Assembly (NCBI GenBank): GCA_001662655.1
Contig: KV460281.1
Strand: one strand, 5' to 3'
Length of the DNA: 64,000 nucleotides
Source: Pseudogymnoascus verrucosus
Taxonomy: Eukaryota
Of the stretch, positions 49,933 to 61,901 are shown in pieces. A model generated the notes under the pieces. The model was not told the origin of the DNA and did not search any database. It saw only the letters and a program-made list of their open reading frames with translations. A program made the translations under genes and the position numbers. How positions within the stretch are numbered: position 1 is the stretch's first letter; every line of letters starts with the position of its first letter.

Positions 49933-51996
49933 GATGGTTATCCGGTGAAGAGTACCAAGTCTGGTGAGGTAAGCTCCCAACAAGACGGTGTGGGATGCTA
50001 CGGGACTATTATGATGTCTTCGTTTCTGTGGTATGAGGAGGAGAAGGAAAAAGCGGGAGGGCGAGGGTTTAAGAACAGTAGCAATTCTCGAGGTCTTGGA
50101 TCGCGATCCATTTTGTCTCGCTGGAGACCCTGTCTTTGCGTCAATACGTTACCTCGTCCGAAGCTGTGCTTACGCAGGTCATGATCATCGGTTCCATCGG
50201 TGCAACCTCGGTCCCTTCTGCAGCGCGACCGGGCTAAAACGAAGCGACATTTGACTTAGATATACGGACCCATGCGCCTCACTCGACCTTGCGAAATTAT
50301 GGAAAGGCGACTGATGGATAATTTGTATGGGATAAGGAAATCCACATGACGAATTTTCGGTGCAGCAAACACTTTGACCTCTTCGCCTATACCGCTTTGG
50401 AATCGGGTTTTTGTACGCCTCAATTACCCGATCGGTTCATTTTGATCGGCTTATTTACTTGATCGGCTTGGTATGCTTGGCGCTAACCTTTGGCGTCCAG
50501 GGTTCACTAGAGCCTGGTTATATAATGAGTTCAAAGAGGCTCAACATTTGGGTTACTAGTTCCAGAAAACGTTGTCAAAATGCAGAGGTAGTTCTTCGCT
50601 CTCATTACCTCCATTCTATCTAGTCTGAATTCTTTGGTGCTCTAACGCGTGCTCTAACGCTCGCGATTTCCACTTCTCATTTGGCAAAGTGCCGAAGTTC
50701 TGGGGCAATACCCCGCACTGAGCTATGTACGCCATGGCATTTCCCCGCCTTCCGCTACGGGAACCCCCTGGAACCACCCACAACCCTAACTCACACGAGG
50801 TTTGACATGACACGTCATAGCACAATTGGGTTTAGCTTCGTTTAGACGGCGCAGCACCCCAACCTCTTCTCGGGAGTTTCTATCCGCCCTCGCAAAGCTC
50901 ATAGAAGAAGACAAACCCATGCCAGAATGAGCTAGGCCGGGAAGTGTTATTCTTCTAACTCATAATCTAAGGGAAGTATTATTGTGGTGGGAAATACTCA
51001 GACGCTCTCGTGAGACTGGCTTCGTTCCCAGAGGCCCGAATTATCGACCAGCTATATATTCATAGGTCAGGGGAGCCATTTGTAGTCTTTCGTCAGTAGT
51101 TAATGATTCCTGGAAAGATGGCGATAAAACGTGCGCAAACATAATCCAGAGGTAATCCGAACTTGATCTGGCCCGAGCAAACACTGTGCGCGGTCGCATG
51201 AGCTCAATCCGTAAACAGCGGGGATTACGACATTGCTGAGCTAACACAGCCGACATGCTGAGCGGGAGTGAGGAAAACACGTTAATTTTAAGTTTAATTT
51301 CATTTAAGTTCAAAATCAGTAAAGTTCGTAATTTCAGTCGCAGCGTTCACCGCTTTCAGGCTGTATAAGAGGACAGCTCTTCCCCCAACTGTTTCTCTCC
51401 ACGCAACTTTCGCCATGGCACGCAATTTGTCTATCCTCCTCCTCTTTTTGTTGTGAGCTGCTCTTGCCCTACTACTCCTAATGACGCCTCTTCCTTTTGT
51501 GTCTTCCATCGCACATATCCATCCTCCGACACTATGACGCTCGTATACGCGGCTCGGCGATCACGGTAATCTCTTTTCCGGCTTGACAGTGCTGCACGTA
51601 CTGAATGTCGGCGAAATGAGGCTTTTGACCGATTCCGCCGGCGAAACTATCCCCCATGACTACAATTACAGTTCGAACAAGCCCATCATTTCCGGCAAAG
51701 GAGTGCTCAGCTTTGCGTTTACCGACCCTCACCAGCTGCAGATCGCTTGCAGATCTCCCTTGTTCTGTTCAAATCAGCCTTCCGCATATTTCAATCGCCG
51801 CTCAGCCTATAAGGTCCAATCTGGCAACCGCGTGGGACCTGCTCATCTTGCGTCCGTATATATACGAGATACACCACCTAGTAGTGGTATATAATCTTCG
51901 AATCCGCCCTCAAAATGTAGTCCTATCCTGTCTTTACCCTCCTTCATTTTCTTCTTCATCACCCCACCTGCCTATTGCTGTTATAGCTAAGCCAAT

Positions 51997-53283
51997 ATGA
52001 TTCTATCATCTTTGCTACTAGTTGGAGTTGCTCCTGCGTACTCCCTAGGCGCAATACTTTACGCTACGCACTATAGCGGAACTCTCAGTGTCCTGTCGCT
52101 GACGACTCAAGGATCTACCTCCAGTCTGAGCGTAGTGTCTAGCAAGAAGACATGTGGTAGCCAGCCTAGTTGGTTGACTCTGGATTCTGCGAATCGAGTA
52201 CTGTACTGTCTTGATGAGGCAGACGATGGCGCAACATTGAACGCATATGCGGCGTCATCTTCTGGAGCTCTCACCCAGAGCGCACAAATCCGCATTGGTG
52301 GGGGCCCCGTCCACAGTACCCTATATGGTGGCCCAGATGGGAGGTCATTCCAGGTAGTTGCACATTAGTATGTTAACACACCTCCTATCAACGCTTCCTT
52401 CTAACATGTAAATAGTGGATCTGCACAATTGAGCACGTTTGCTTTGCCAATTAACTCAAAGTCTAAACCACTACAAAGCTTCAAATACACTATGGCCCAT
52501 CCTGGCCCGAACGAAAACCAAGAAGCACCACATCCGCATCAAGCTGTGCTTGACCCTACGGGAGCGTTCATCGTTGTCCCAGATCTCGGTGCTGATATTC
52601 TTCGCATCTATTCCGTGAACAAAAAGACTGGGTTTCTCACCTCCTGTAATAATGTCACTGTTGCAGCTGGAAGTGGACCAAGGCATGCTGGATTTTGGAA
52701 CCCTGCTGCTGGAACAGATGGAACGAAGTTGTTTCTTGGCAACGAACTGTCAAAGAGCGCAAGTGCATTTTCTGTGTCTTATCCGCAGAAGGAGGGAGGT
52801 TGTTTGACGTTGGAGTTAACACAAACTGCCAAACCGTATCCGCCAAGTCCACCAGCCAAGGCTGGTCAAGACGTTGAGGCAGTGATGGTCAAGGTACAAA
52901 ATTCTTCCTAGCTTGTAAATTACAGCTATAGCGGGTGAAAGTTATGCTAACCTAAATGATAGGGCAATACGCTCACAATTTCAAACCCTACTGATAATAG
53001 GTTTGGATCCAATAACGACTCCCTAGCCGTCTTCTCGATTTCCTCATCAGGCACAATGGCTCTGCAGGATATGTCGCCCACATATGGAAGCTACCCGCGG
53101 ACGTTCCAAATCAACAAGGCTGGCGATCTTGTTGCAATTGGAAATCAGAATTCTGGGACAGTCGTTATTGTGGCGCGAAATCCGACATCGGGAAAGTTGG
53201 GAAAGAAGGTTGCAAGTGTAAAGGTTGGGCCTCAAGTGACAAATGGAGACGGCGGTCTCAGCAGCGTGATATGGGATGAGTAG
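51997..53283 (+). CDS. Secreted 7-bladed beta-propeller lactonase (YkgB/6-phosphogluconolactonase, aldonolactonase-like)
   Basis: Signal peptide, PSWL, GGPVH, APHPHQAVLDPTG, PDLGAD, GSGPRH and YPRTFQIN. Two introns. Confidence 0.9.
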
Positions 53284-54525
53284 ATTAGATGCTATATACA
53301 ACGAGTTCGTGAGCTGTTTGAAATGTGGGTACACTTGGAATGGGCGGAATTTTTGAGATAAATAGAAGAATATGTGTTAATCCAACATACAGCCCCCGTG
53401 GTTACTTCTCTAGGTTTCTGCTGTTGTCTTCAAAACGTTGGCTGGCGTAGATGGTGAATCTCAAGACAAGATTCTGTCCCGAAAGAGAATGAGATCTTAT
53501 ACAAAAGCGAAAATGCCCATCAAAAGGCAGAAACTTCGATGAATAGGCTCCCTTAGGAGCCATCTGCCAACCCCCAAAAACGAAAATGTAATCGTGGTCG
53601 GAACTTAGACTAAATATGTAATTGCGGCATGAGAGGCCGTCTGAATGAGGTTGGTACATGCGACTTATGTTGTGATTTACCAAGTAACAGGTCCTGTGGG
53701 TCCGACGCGAATATACTGAGTCCTCAAACCTTTTATAGAGGCAGAGATGATGTAATCAAATAATAAACTCCATCGCAAAGGTCGAGGGTCTTGGTGTGGT
53801 GGAATACAGGATCGGAAAGAAGCCGAGAACCAACTGTCTGCATTGGCGTGTCTACACGGCGAGAGCTACAATGGCGGATCCTGCAAAATCAAATTTCTAA
53901 AGCAAGAAAGTCTATATTGAAAGTGAAATAAAAGGAGCTTCAATTGGATTACATATCACCTTCAACTAGACATTCTTATAACGCGTTATATACCGGCCGG
54001 CCAGTACCAAGCCGAAGCCAAATCGAAGGGGCGAAGAGCGGTCTTCACGTCACCCTTCGGCTCCCCGAGCTAGGAGTTCGTGCTTGACTAAATATAATAT
54101 TCGTTGCAGTTATGAATTTACCAGCCGTGTTCGTCGTGGTTGCCAACGGTGCTCACTTGTACCTTCATTCCATTATTCCGTGGCGTTGAGCCAACGCCCA
54201 GGCACCGGCCCGCAACGGGCCTTGTGCTACCGCATAAGTTCGCATCCACCCCCCCTAGCGGTCGAGGGCTATGTTAGCGTCAGGGACATTCACATGCCAA
54301 CCAAGAAGATCTGCATCTCAGATCCAAGATCGTCGACTGCGAGTTTCCACGAATGCACCGTACCATACTTAAAGTAATGCGCAATTGTCGACGATCAGGA
54401 CATGCACTTACTCAAGCTTGCCCTGATCAGATTTCATGCTGAAGGACTCCATACCAGGACGAAGAAAGCCTTCCAGGGGCCATCGCTCTTGTAGTTCTGT
54501 AAGAATGATAGACACTTTAGTTTCA

Positions 54526-54613
54526 TCCCCCCCCCGGAGTAAATTAATGGTGGTGCATGACATTGCCGGTCCCCCCCCCGGAGTAAATTAATAGTGGTGC
54601 ATGACATTGCCGG
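54526..54613. repeat. 44-bp tandem duplication in the abfB promoter
   Basis: TCCCCCCCCCGGAGTAAATTAAT(G/A)GTGGTGCATGACATTGCCGG at 54526-54569 and 54570-54613, one mismatch. Confidence 0.95.
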
Positions 54614-54624
54614 AATCTCTACTG

Positions 54625-54901
54625 CGGATAAACACGAGGTTAAAGTCCGCGTCCAGGGTTCCATGAGCTACTTAGCTGGTCATAACGATATGAGGGCTTT
54701 ATCGCTTTTATTCCACCTCTAATACCCATAAGAAATAAACTTCCGTACATCACGGGGTCATGTTCGTACAACGCTACAGATCGACGGTACTGAGCGGGGA
54801 AGAAGGTCGCCATTTCGGCGGGGTATTGCTTCCCGAAGCGGAGCATATAACGGGTGTAACGCCCTTCGATGAATACTTAAGCTTCTTGTCGATCGGTTAA
54901 A
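54625..54901 (+). promoter_or_regulatory. Candidate AraR/XlnR-type CGGDTAAW sites
   Basis: CGGATAAA at 54625-54632 and CGGTTAAA at 54894-54901, upstream of an arabinofuranosidase. Confidence 0.5.
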
Positions 54902-54951
54902 AAAGCTTACATGAGTGATCATCCCTCTGTTTCCCCACCAAAAGTGTAGAC

Positions 54952-56472
54952 ATGTTCTCAAATCCACGCCTAGAACGGGCCCGCGCACTCGCTTTTAGCC
55001 TCGTTGCTGCGAGCTCTCTCGTCGCCGCTGGGCCCTGCGATATCTACTCTTCTGGCGGCACTCCATGCATTGCTGCGCACAGCACCACACGAGCCCTGTA
55101 TAGCGCCTATTCCGGCTCATTATACCAGGTGAAACGCGGTTCCGACAATACCACGACTAGTATTTTACCGCTTTCTGCTGGTGGTGTCGCCAATGCCGCC
55201 GCGCAGGATTCCTTCTGCGCCAGCACAACCTGCCTTATAACTATCATTTACGACCAGTCCGGCCGCGGCAACCATCTCCGCCAGGCTCCTCCTGGTGGAT
55301 TTAGCGGCCCAGAATCCAATGGCTATGACAATCTCGCCAGCGCCATTGGCGCACCGGTCACGCTGAACGGCCAGAAGGCATACGGAGTCTTCAGTTCACC
55401 TGGTACTGGCTACAGCAACAACGCCGCTAGCGGCACAGCTACAGGTGATGCAGCAGAGGGCATGTACGCTGTCCTAGATGGATCACACTACAACGGAGGT
55501 TGCTGCTATGACTATGGTAATGCTGAAACCAACAGTCATGATACTGGCAACGGTCATATGGAGGCTATTTACTATGGTGATAGCACTGCCTGGGGCTCTG
55601 GCGCTGGAAGTGGCCCTTGGATCATGGCCGACCTTGAGAACGGCCTGTTCTCAGGAGTTAGTCCTGGCAACAACGCTGGCGACCCCTCGATCTCCTACCG
55701 GTTTGTCACTGCGATCGTTAAGGGAGAGCCAAACCATTGGGCAGTCCGCGGTGCCAATGCTGCGTCCGGCACGTTGTCAACATACTATAGCGGTGTACGC
55801 CCAAGCGTGTCTGGCTACAACCCAATGAGCAAAGAGGGTGCCATAATTCTTGGTATCGGCGGTGACAACAGTGTCAGTGCCCAGGGCACATTCTATGAAG
55901 GCGTGATGACCACCGGCTATCCGTCTGATGCCACCGAGGCCTTAGTTCAAGCCAACATCGTCGCCGCCAAATACGCCACCACCTCATTGACTAGTGGCCC
56001 AGCACTCACTGTCGGCTCGTCCGTCTCTCTACGGGTTACCACATCCTGCTGCACAACACGCTACCTGGCACACACCGGTTCCGTTGTCAACACTCAGGTT
56101 GTCTCGTCATCCAGCACCACCGCCCTCAAGCAACAGGCCAGCTGGACAGTTCGCGCCGGCCTCGGTAACAGCGCCTGCTTCTCTTTCGAGTCAAAGGATA
56201 CCGCCGGCAGCTACATACGGCACTACAACTTTGCACTCGTGCTCAACGCCAACGACGGAACCAAGCAGTTCCGCGAAGACGCCACCTTCTGCCCGCAGAC
56301 CGGCCTCAACGGACAGGGTAGCTCAATTCGATCATGGGGTTATCCCACTCGCTATTTCCGCCACTACGACAATGTGGCCTACACTGCTAGCAACGGTGGG
56401 GTTCACTCGTTCGATGCTGCCAGTTTGTTCAACGATGATGCGAGCTGGGTCATTGGCACTAGCTTTGCTTAA
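54952..56472 (+). CDS. abfB: GH54 alpha-L-arabinofuranosidase B with CBM42
   Basis: GPCDIY..GGTPC.AAHSTTRALY, YDQSG, CCYDYGNAE, GHMEAIY, MADLENGL and GIGGDNS..GTFYEG, plus C-terminal AbfB repeats. Intronless, 506 aa. Confidence 0.97.
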   Translation: MFSNPRLERARALAFSLVAASSLVAAGPCDIYSSGGTPCIAAHSTTRALYSAYSGSLYQVKRGSDNTTTSILPLSAGGVANAAAQDSFCASTTCLITIIYDQSGRGNHLRQAPPGGFSGPESNGYDNLASAIGAPVTLNGQKAYGVFSSPGTGYSNNAASGTATGDAAEGMYAVLDGSHYNGGCCYDYGNAETNSHDTGNGHMEAIYYGDSTAWGSGAGSGPWIMADLENGLFSGVSPGNNAGDPSISYRFVTAIVKGEPNHWAVRGANAASGTLSTYYSGVRPSVSGYNPMSKEGAIILGIGGDNSVSAQGTFYEGVMTTGYPSDATEALVQANIVAAKYATTSLTSGPALTVGSSVSLRVTTSCCTTRYLAHTGSVVNTQVVSSSSTTALKQQASWTVRAGLGNSACFSFESKDTAGSYIRHYNFALVLNANDGTKQFREDATFCPQTGLNGQGSSIRSWGYPTRYFRHYDNVAYTASNGGVHSFDAASLFNDDASWVIGTSFA

Positions 56473-56813
56473 GGCCTGACACATCTCCTACCAAAGCATT
56501 GGCGCATCTTGTGTCTCAAGCATCAAATTTTATGAAAGATATTCTTTCCTTGACTCAATTGCTGACGTCGTGCTGGGGTAGGAAATGGTCCTCATAAAAC
56601 GCAGTTCATGTTACAGAAGTGGCACTTTCGTGTCTTCAGTATGCGAAGAAGCTACATCACGTTCGTTAGCCTGCTTATTTATAAAACAAGAACACATTTC
56701 AGTAACAGTATAAATACTATGGAATATAACCTCGTATAATTTCTATAATCAGAGTAACAGTGGCTACAAACTCCCATCCGTGTCAACTGAACCCATAGGA
56801 AGGCAACACCTCT

Positions 56814-57361
56814 TTATTCGGATGGCACTTGGTGGTAGGGTAGTAGATCAACCTGACATATAGTATCTGGTTCCGGTAGAGTTCCATTCACACTGTATGT
56901 TGCAAGGTGCTGTGTTGCACATTTTGACACAAGATTGGCAGATGAGTGTCCGTATCCGTTAATCTCCAACACAACGCCATCCTCGAATATAGCACTCGTG
57001 TTATATGCTGACTGCGGAGGAGTATGCCCGTCGAAAGGGTTGGTGACAATCATCATAGGGTAATTCGTCGCAAGGTTCTCCAACACACCATCGTATCGCT
57101 GTTTATTATCGAGCTTCCAAGTCGCGCAACTCATGGCCGTCAAGGACGACATATCTCCCATGACACAGCTAGTATTACTAAGTCGGTCCAAAGTTGGCTG
57201 TAGCTCCTTGAGGCTATCTGATCAGTCAAAGTGTCACATTCGTAGTCCCATGTAGTGTTGAGCGAGATGCCGTCACATGGTGCCCATTTAACATTTCGCG
57301 GATGCAGGGGTACAGCGGCATAAAGGCAAGCCAAACTTGAGAGTAGATGTAACTGTAGCAT
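56814..57361 (-). pseudogene. Internally deleted TAP-like secreted alpha/beta-hydrolase (peptidase S33-like)
   Basis: Signal peptide plus VKWAPC...ECDTL joined out of frame to the C-terminal Abhydrolase_4 part (C..W, IVTNPFDGHTP, GYGHSS, SKC, NGTLP...C). No GxSxG region. Confidence 0.72.
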
Positions 57362-58024
57362 CTTCGGTCCTCTTAGATAGAGGATTTGTTTCAATTTATT
57401 ATATTTGAAGGGCTGATGTGCCTCTGGCCTTCGATGCGGAAGACATGTTTTTATAGCAAATTTTAGAGCTCCAAAGAATTCCTTTGGATTTCCCAAGTCC
57501 TGCCTGGAGATTGTTTAGAATAGAACAGATCGACAAAAATTAAAGATCGATGGTGACGTGGGCGCCAATTTTAGAGTTGGGGGTCCAAATTTGCTTGGCA
57601 GAACCGCCCCAGTGGTACTTTTTGCCAAATATGGCTAAAATATGGTCGGCTTTAGCCCTACATTTCGCGAAACGCGGACAGTCCCGCCTTATAAAATAGG
57701 ATTCGTGATTTACGTGCTGGGCCTATATCATTGTGCACAGGCATAGCCTCGTACGTGTTTATTTACTTAGCATGAGTAAACTATCAGTAAGCTGTCGTTG
57801 ATATTCTCTGGTTGTTGTGTTACGGTCAAAATATTTGTTCGTTACAACAACATGATAGTTGTTGAGGCTGGCTTCAAAAAAAATTATGGTTGTTTTGGTC
57901 TCCTTATGTAGGTAGGAGAGATGCGTTACCACCGGGAGCTTCGACGGTGAGTTCAACTACCAAAAAAATATGAGTACTCCAAAAATATAGTGTTCTTAAT
58001 CGAGGTGATCCTCGACTCGCAGAT

Positions 58025-58114
58025 TGCGGCTTCTGTGGATCGAACACAGTGCCTCCAGATATCGGAGCTGAAGTTGTCTTCAGTCTGGCGCTCTCCCAAG
58101 TGAGCTAAAGCCGC
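58025..58114 (-). tRNA. tRNA-Phe: tRNA-Phe(GAA) with a 17-nt intron (58061-58077)
   Basis: GCGGCTTTAGCTCACTTGGGAGAGCGCCAGACTGAAG[ACAACTTCAGCTCCGAT]ATCTGGAGGCACTGTGTTCGATCCACAGAAGCCGCA. All four stems pair, 73 nt after splicing, T-run about 40 nt downstream. Confidence 0.95.
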
Positions 58115-58254
58115 CTTGGTGTTTGCCTCAGCTACAAAATGCTAGATAAGACTGATAATTCGATTTTTATGACTGCCCGTATTTACAGTTTATATAGCAT
58201 TTGTTATCTCTTTGATTTGCATTTTATTATTATTGTATTTGTTTTTAGTAAGGC

Positions 58255-58277
58255 AAAAAAAAAAAAAAAAAAAAAAA
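58255..58277 (+). repeat. Poly(A)23 tract in AT-rich DNA upstream of the tRNA
   Basis: 23 consecutive A. Confidence 0.9.
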
Positions 58278-59005
58278 CTCAATTCAATAATAACTATTCC
58301 TTGATATTTGACTTTTAATTATAACTTTTTAGAGAACATTTAATCTATTATATAATATATATATTTATATAAACATGATGGCTTCTACACAACAACTTAT
58401 TACCATGGGCTTAATACCAGCCAAGTTTGTAATAAGCAGTCCGTTAAGACCCCTTCTCTTAGCTCAGCCGCAAGCACGACCAAACGCATAGCCTCCCACG
58501 CACCTAAACTTGGGGTTACGATTAGTTTTAATGGTGGTATACCTAGGTAAAGGACGGCTATACCCCTGTCTAATACCACTCACTTTGCGCAGAACCTCGT
58601 CTATAATAATGGAGTTATACACGATTTGAATCGTGACAGATTGTGGTAGTCAGGAGAGTAAGGTGGAGCATACGCAGATCATTAGCGGGGCATAGCCGCC
58701 TCACATATTGCTTGGTATGCGTTTGTACTCTTGCTAGAGGGTAGGCAATGCATAAGACATAATGTACAAAAATGTCATATCGAGAGGCGGCTTCACACTG
58801 TCTGGTTTCTGAGAAGCATGGCAAATGGCCGACATTAGCTATCTTGGGACTGAGTGCGAAGTATTACAACGAAACTCTTTTACCCATCCACCCAGCCGCA
58901 CAACCACACTATTGCTGCCTTGCGCCCTTGCATATGAATTATGTGAAGTCTCTTCCCTTTTTGGACGCAAAAGGTTTCTAAAGCCTAATGGTAGCAATTG
59001 CAATA

Positions 59006-59057
59006 ACCGGTGAAGAGCTGTGACCGGTAAAGAGTCGTGACCGGTGAAGAGATTGTG
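59006..59057. repeat. Three 17-bp tandem repeats (ACCGGTRAAGAGnnGTG)
   Basis: Units start at 59006, 59023 and 59040. Confidence 0.85.
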
Positions 59058-59959
59058 GAAATTATGTGGCGTGTCTAGGGAGCAACAGACACCTATGAGG
59101 TGAGGTGTGCCACCCTCTCATTAGGAGTCATAAGTTTCATCCAATCAGTAGCTGCTGCTATGCGCTAGGGGCAACCTTTACTGTGTAAAGAAAGCCAGTC
59201 TGTCTGCCTGAACATGCTCTCATAAACAGCTCCGATTCGCTGCTTGAGTGACCTGTGTGTGCAAACGCCACAAGATCGATCTGTTTATTCCCAATAGTTT
59301 GTTCCATTCCTCTAGCTCTTGCTTTTCATTTATCGGGGTCGGCGCTAAATCTGACATGTCAAGAATGCGTTCCACGTTCGTCTAGTTCATTTTTGAGACT
59401 GTACAACAGGGCTATGAAGTTTTAGAGTTTTAGATACTTCCTACTGTATGTAAATAAGACTCTTTTATAAAGCAAGTGTACTTTTTATTTCCTTAATTTC
59501 ATTGGTCAGGTCGCAGCCTAATGTGAAAGCTATAATCCTCTGGTAAGTTAACGTGAAATGGCGTACCTTGGATCATGGCAAGCCGCTGCATTACAAAGCC
59601 TATCAGGAACGAGCTGTCTGCACTGTGATCTGTGATATCTGGCACACTTGATTTACCCTGTCAAAAGGCTAATCGAGACTAGTGTTTACATGAGGCTGGT
59701 TGAATGCAAGACTGCGTCTCTATAGAAGAGTCGCGTTTCCCTTTCCTCTTCCGTCAAGTCTCATTTCATTGCACACACGGCATTTCATTGCGCATTGGAG
59801 GCGCATATCTAAGCATAATTCTTTCAAACGACTGCCACTATTATATTTACGAACAGTTACGACTTGAATATTCATGTAACTCTCTTTTTATTCCACACAA
59901 GAACAGAAGATATAGGAGCAGAACCACCCTTTGGTTTTTATTCCATACTCCAGCCACAA

Positions 59960-60409
59960 ATGAACCCCAACCAGTATTTTGGCCCACACATCCCGGGTCG
60001 GACACACACATGTACGTTGACATCCCTTCCAGGTCATTTTCTTTGAGTAGCCCTTTATGATCTGATATTACTTCTCACTTTTACACCTCAACTACAAACC
60101 ATTGCTAAATGTTTCCGTATTAAAGACACCCATCACGGCCCCATAGCCTACGTCACAAACCAAACGAGAGAGGTTATGAGTCCAGGGACCATAATCGGCA
60201 TCCTCAACAATTCCCCCATGGCACGAGCAGCGCCCAACCATGCCTACCTGTCCATTGTGACCTTGAGGTATCCACATGGAGGCTTTCAAGTCGTACGGTC
60301 GCAAAACCAGGGTGCCCGTATGCAAGGCCAGATGAGGCAAAGGCCGCCAATGCAAAGACAGCCACAGTACGATGATCGGAATGATGGGTGCTGCTGTGGT
60401 ATAATGTAA
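59960..60409 (+). CDS. Putative 111-aa protein with a C-terminal CC-CaaX motif
   Basis: Exon 59960-60011, intron GTACGT...AAG at 60012-60125, exon 60126-60409. Splicing keeps the frame; the product ends DDRNDGCCCGIM*. Confidence 0.55.
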
Positions 60410-60787
60410 AATTAGAGCCAAGCATTGTTTCTCAGACGGTCACCATACGTCGGTGGTGGGGAAAATAGGGATGTATTGAAGAATTCGGAGTGGTGGATTG
60501 CGATGCATACTTCAACTTGCTACTCATCGGTCACGCCAAGTGCAAGGATCCCATCAGACAGTTTCGTGTAGGACTGCCATGGTGTTCCTCTCAGGCCAAT
60601 AAAGTTTTGATCTGGGGTTTTTAAAATATGGAATCGAGTAAGGGTGGCGAGAAACACCCATTTACGTTGGGAGGCTGATGAGTGAACCCAAAACTCTATT
60701 TCCATTACACATTACATCTCTATATATCAGCATCTATCAACCACACCACCCCTTCCCACCATCTATGCCTCCTCACCACCAACCACT

Positions 60788-61727
60788 CTACCTCTTCCCC
60801 TCCGGCCTCCAAACCATAGCCCAAACCCTCACCCCCTCCCCCCCCTTCTTCAGCAACCCATCCCCCCCCACCCGTCCCTCCCCCATAACAATCTCCCTCA
60901 CCTCCTCAAACCCCAACCTCTTATACAACCTCCTACTCCCCCCCGTCGTCGCCTCCAACCACACCGTCTTCCCCTCCCCCTGCGCCTTCCTCAACACCTC
61001 CTTGACCAACTCCCCCCCTATTCCTTGCCCCTGATGCGCCGCCGCCGTGCCGACGAAGAAGATGTAATACGGGTCTTCGCCTTTGCGTAATCCGGCTTTG
61101 CGGGCGGACTTGCAGGCGCCTTCGAATTCGAAGAGCATTTTTCGCACGCCGCGGAGGCCGAGCTTGAGGAGGACGGAGGGGAGGCCGGAGGGGAGCATGG
61201 TAAGGGGGTTGTCGATTGAGGAGCCTGGGGGGAGGAGGACGATCGTGCTGCGCCATGGGTGACTAACGGCGACCTTGCCGCCCTTCTGCGGGCTACCGGA
61301 ACTAGGGACCGAAAAGGGAGGGTTGGAATCCAGCTCATCGGTGTGGTAGAAACTCCCCTTATTCATGCCCGCCGCCGTTAGGAGGATGGTGAAGTACTTG
61401 GGGAGGTAGGCATTGCGCTCCTCCCGCGTTAGGCCATTGAGGAAGTAGGTGATGAGAGGGTCGGTCTCGAAGATTGGGGCGAGGAGGGTGACGGCTGGGT
61501 GGATGAGTTCTGGGGGGTGTGTTAGACGGGGTTATAATTTTGGGTGTTTTCTTATTGGGCAAGAGGAGGGGGAGGGAAAGGGCGGATGGTGGGGGGGTTG
61601 GAAGTGGGGAACGGGACGCGCCTTTACCGCCTACGGAGATTTGGAGTTTTCCATCTTCCTTCGCTGGCGCGGTAGTAGTGGATGGACCATCTGCGGCTAT
61701 GGGCGGGGTGTCAAGCGATACGGCCAT
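60788..61727 (-). CDS. GNAT-family acetyltransferase
   Basis: FETDPLITY, YYIFFVGT..HQGQGIG (motif A), VWLEATT..SRRLYKRLGF and WAMVW. One intron at about 61510-61625. Confidence 0.9.
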
Positions 61728-61901
61728 GGCGGGGAAGTTTGATGGGGAAGCAAGTGGTGGCTTTTACAGCGGGAGTGGAATTTCTCGGCGGTGGATAAAA
61801 AAATATCAAATTGAGGAGATTTGGAATCGAGAATTAAAGAATTGAGAATTCTGATGGCTGACGGCTGACAGGAGGCTGAAGTTGAAGGAGGAGATTATAT
61901 A

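Noticed and set aside
51158..51175. GAACTTGATCTGG, resembling part of a TPP riboswitch
   Set aside because: The following ATAATACCAGCG segment and upstream stems are missing, and there is no thiamine gene nearby.
51041..51894. Short ORFs, including a basic 69-aa one, between the permease and the lactonase
   Set aside because: No supporting motifs or splice pattern; treated as promoter DNA.
59006..59057. Short tandem repeats considered as a CRISPR-like array
   Set aside because: Eukaryotic context, no unique spacers and no cas genes.
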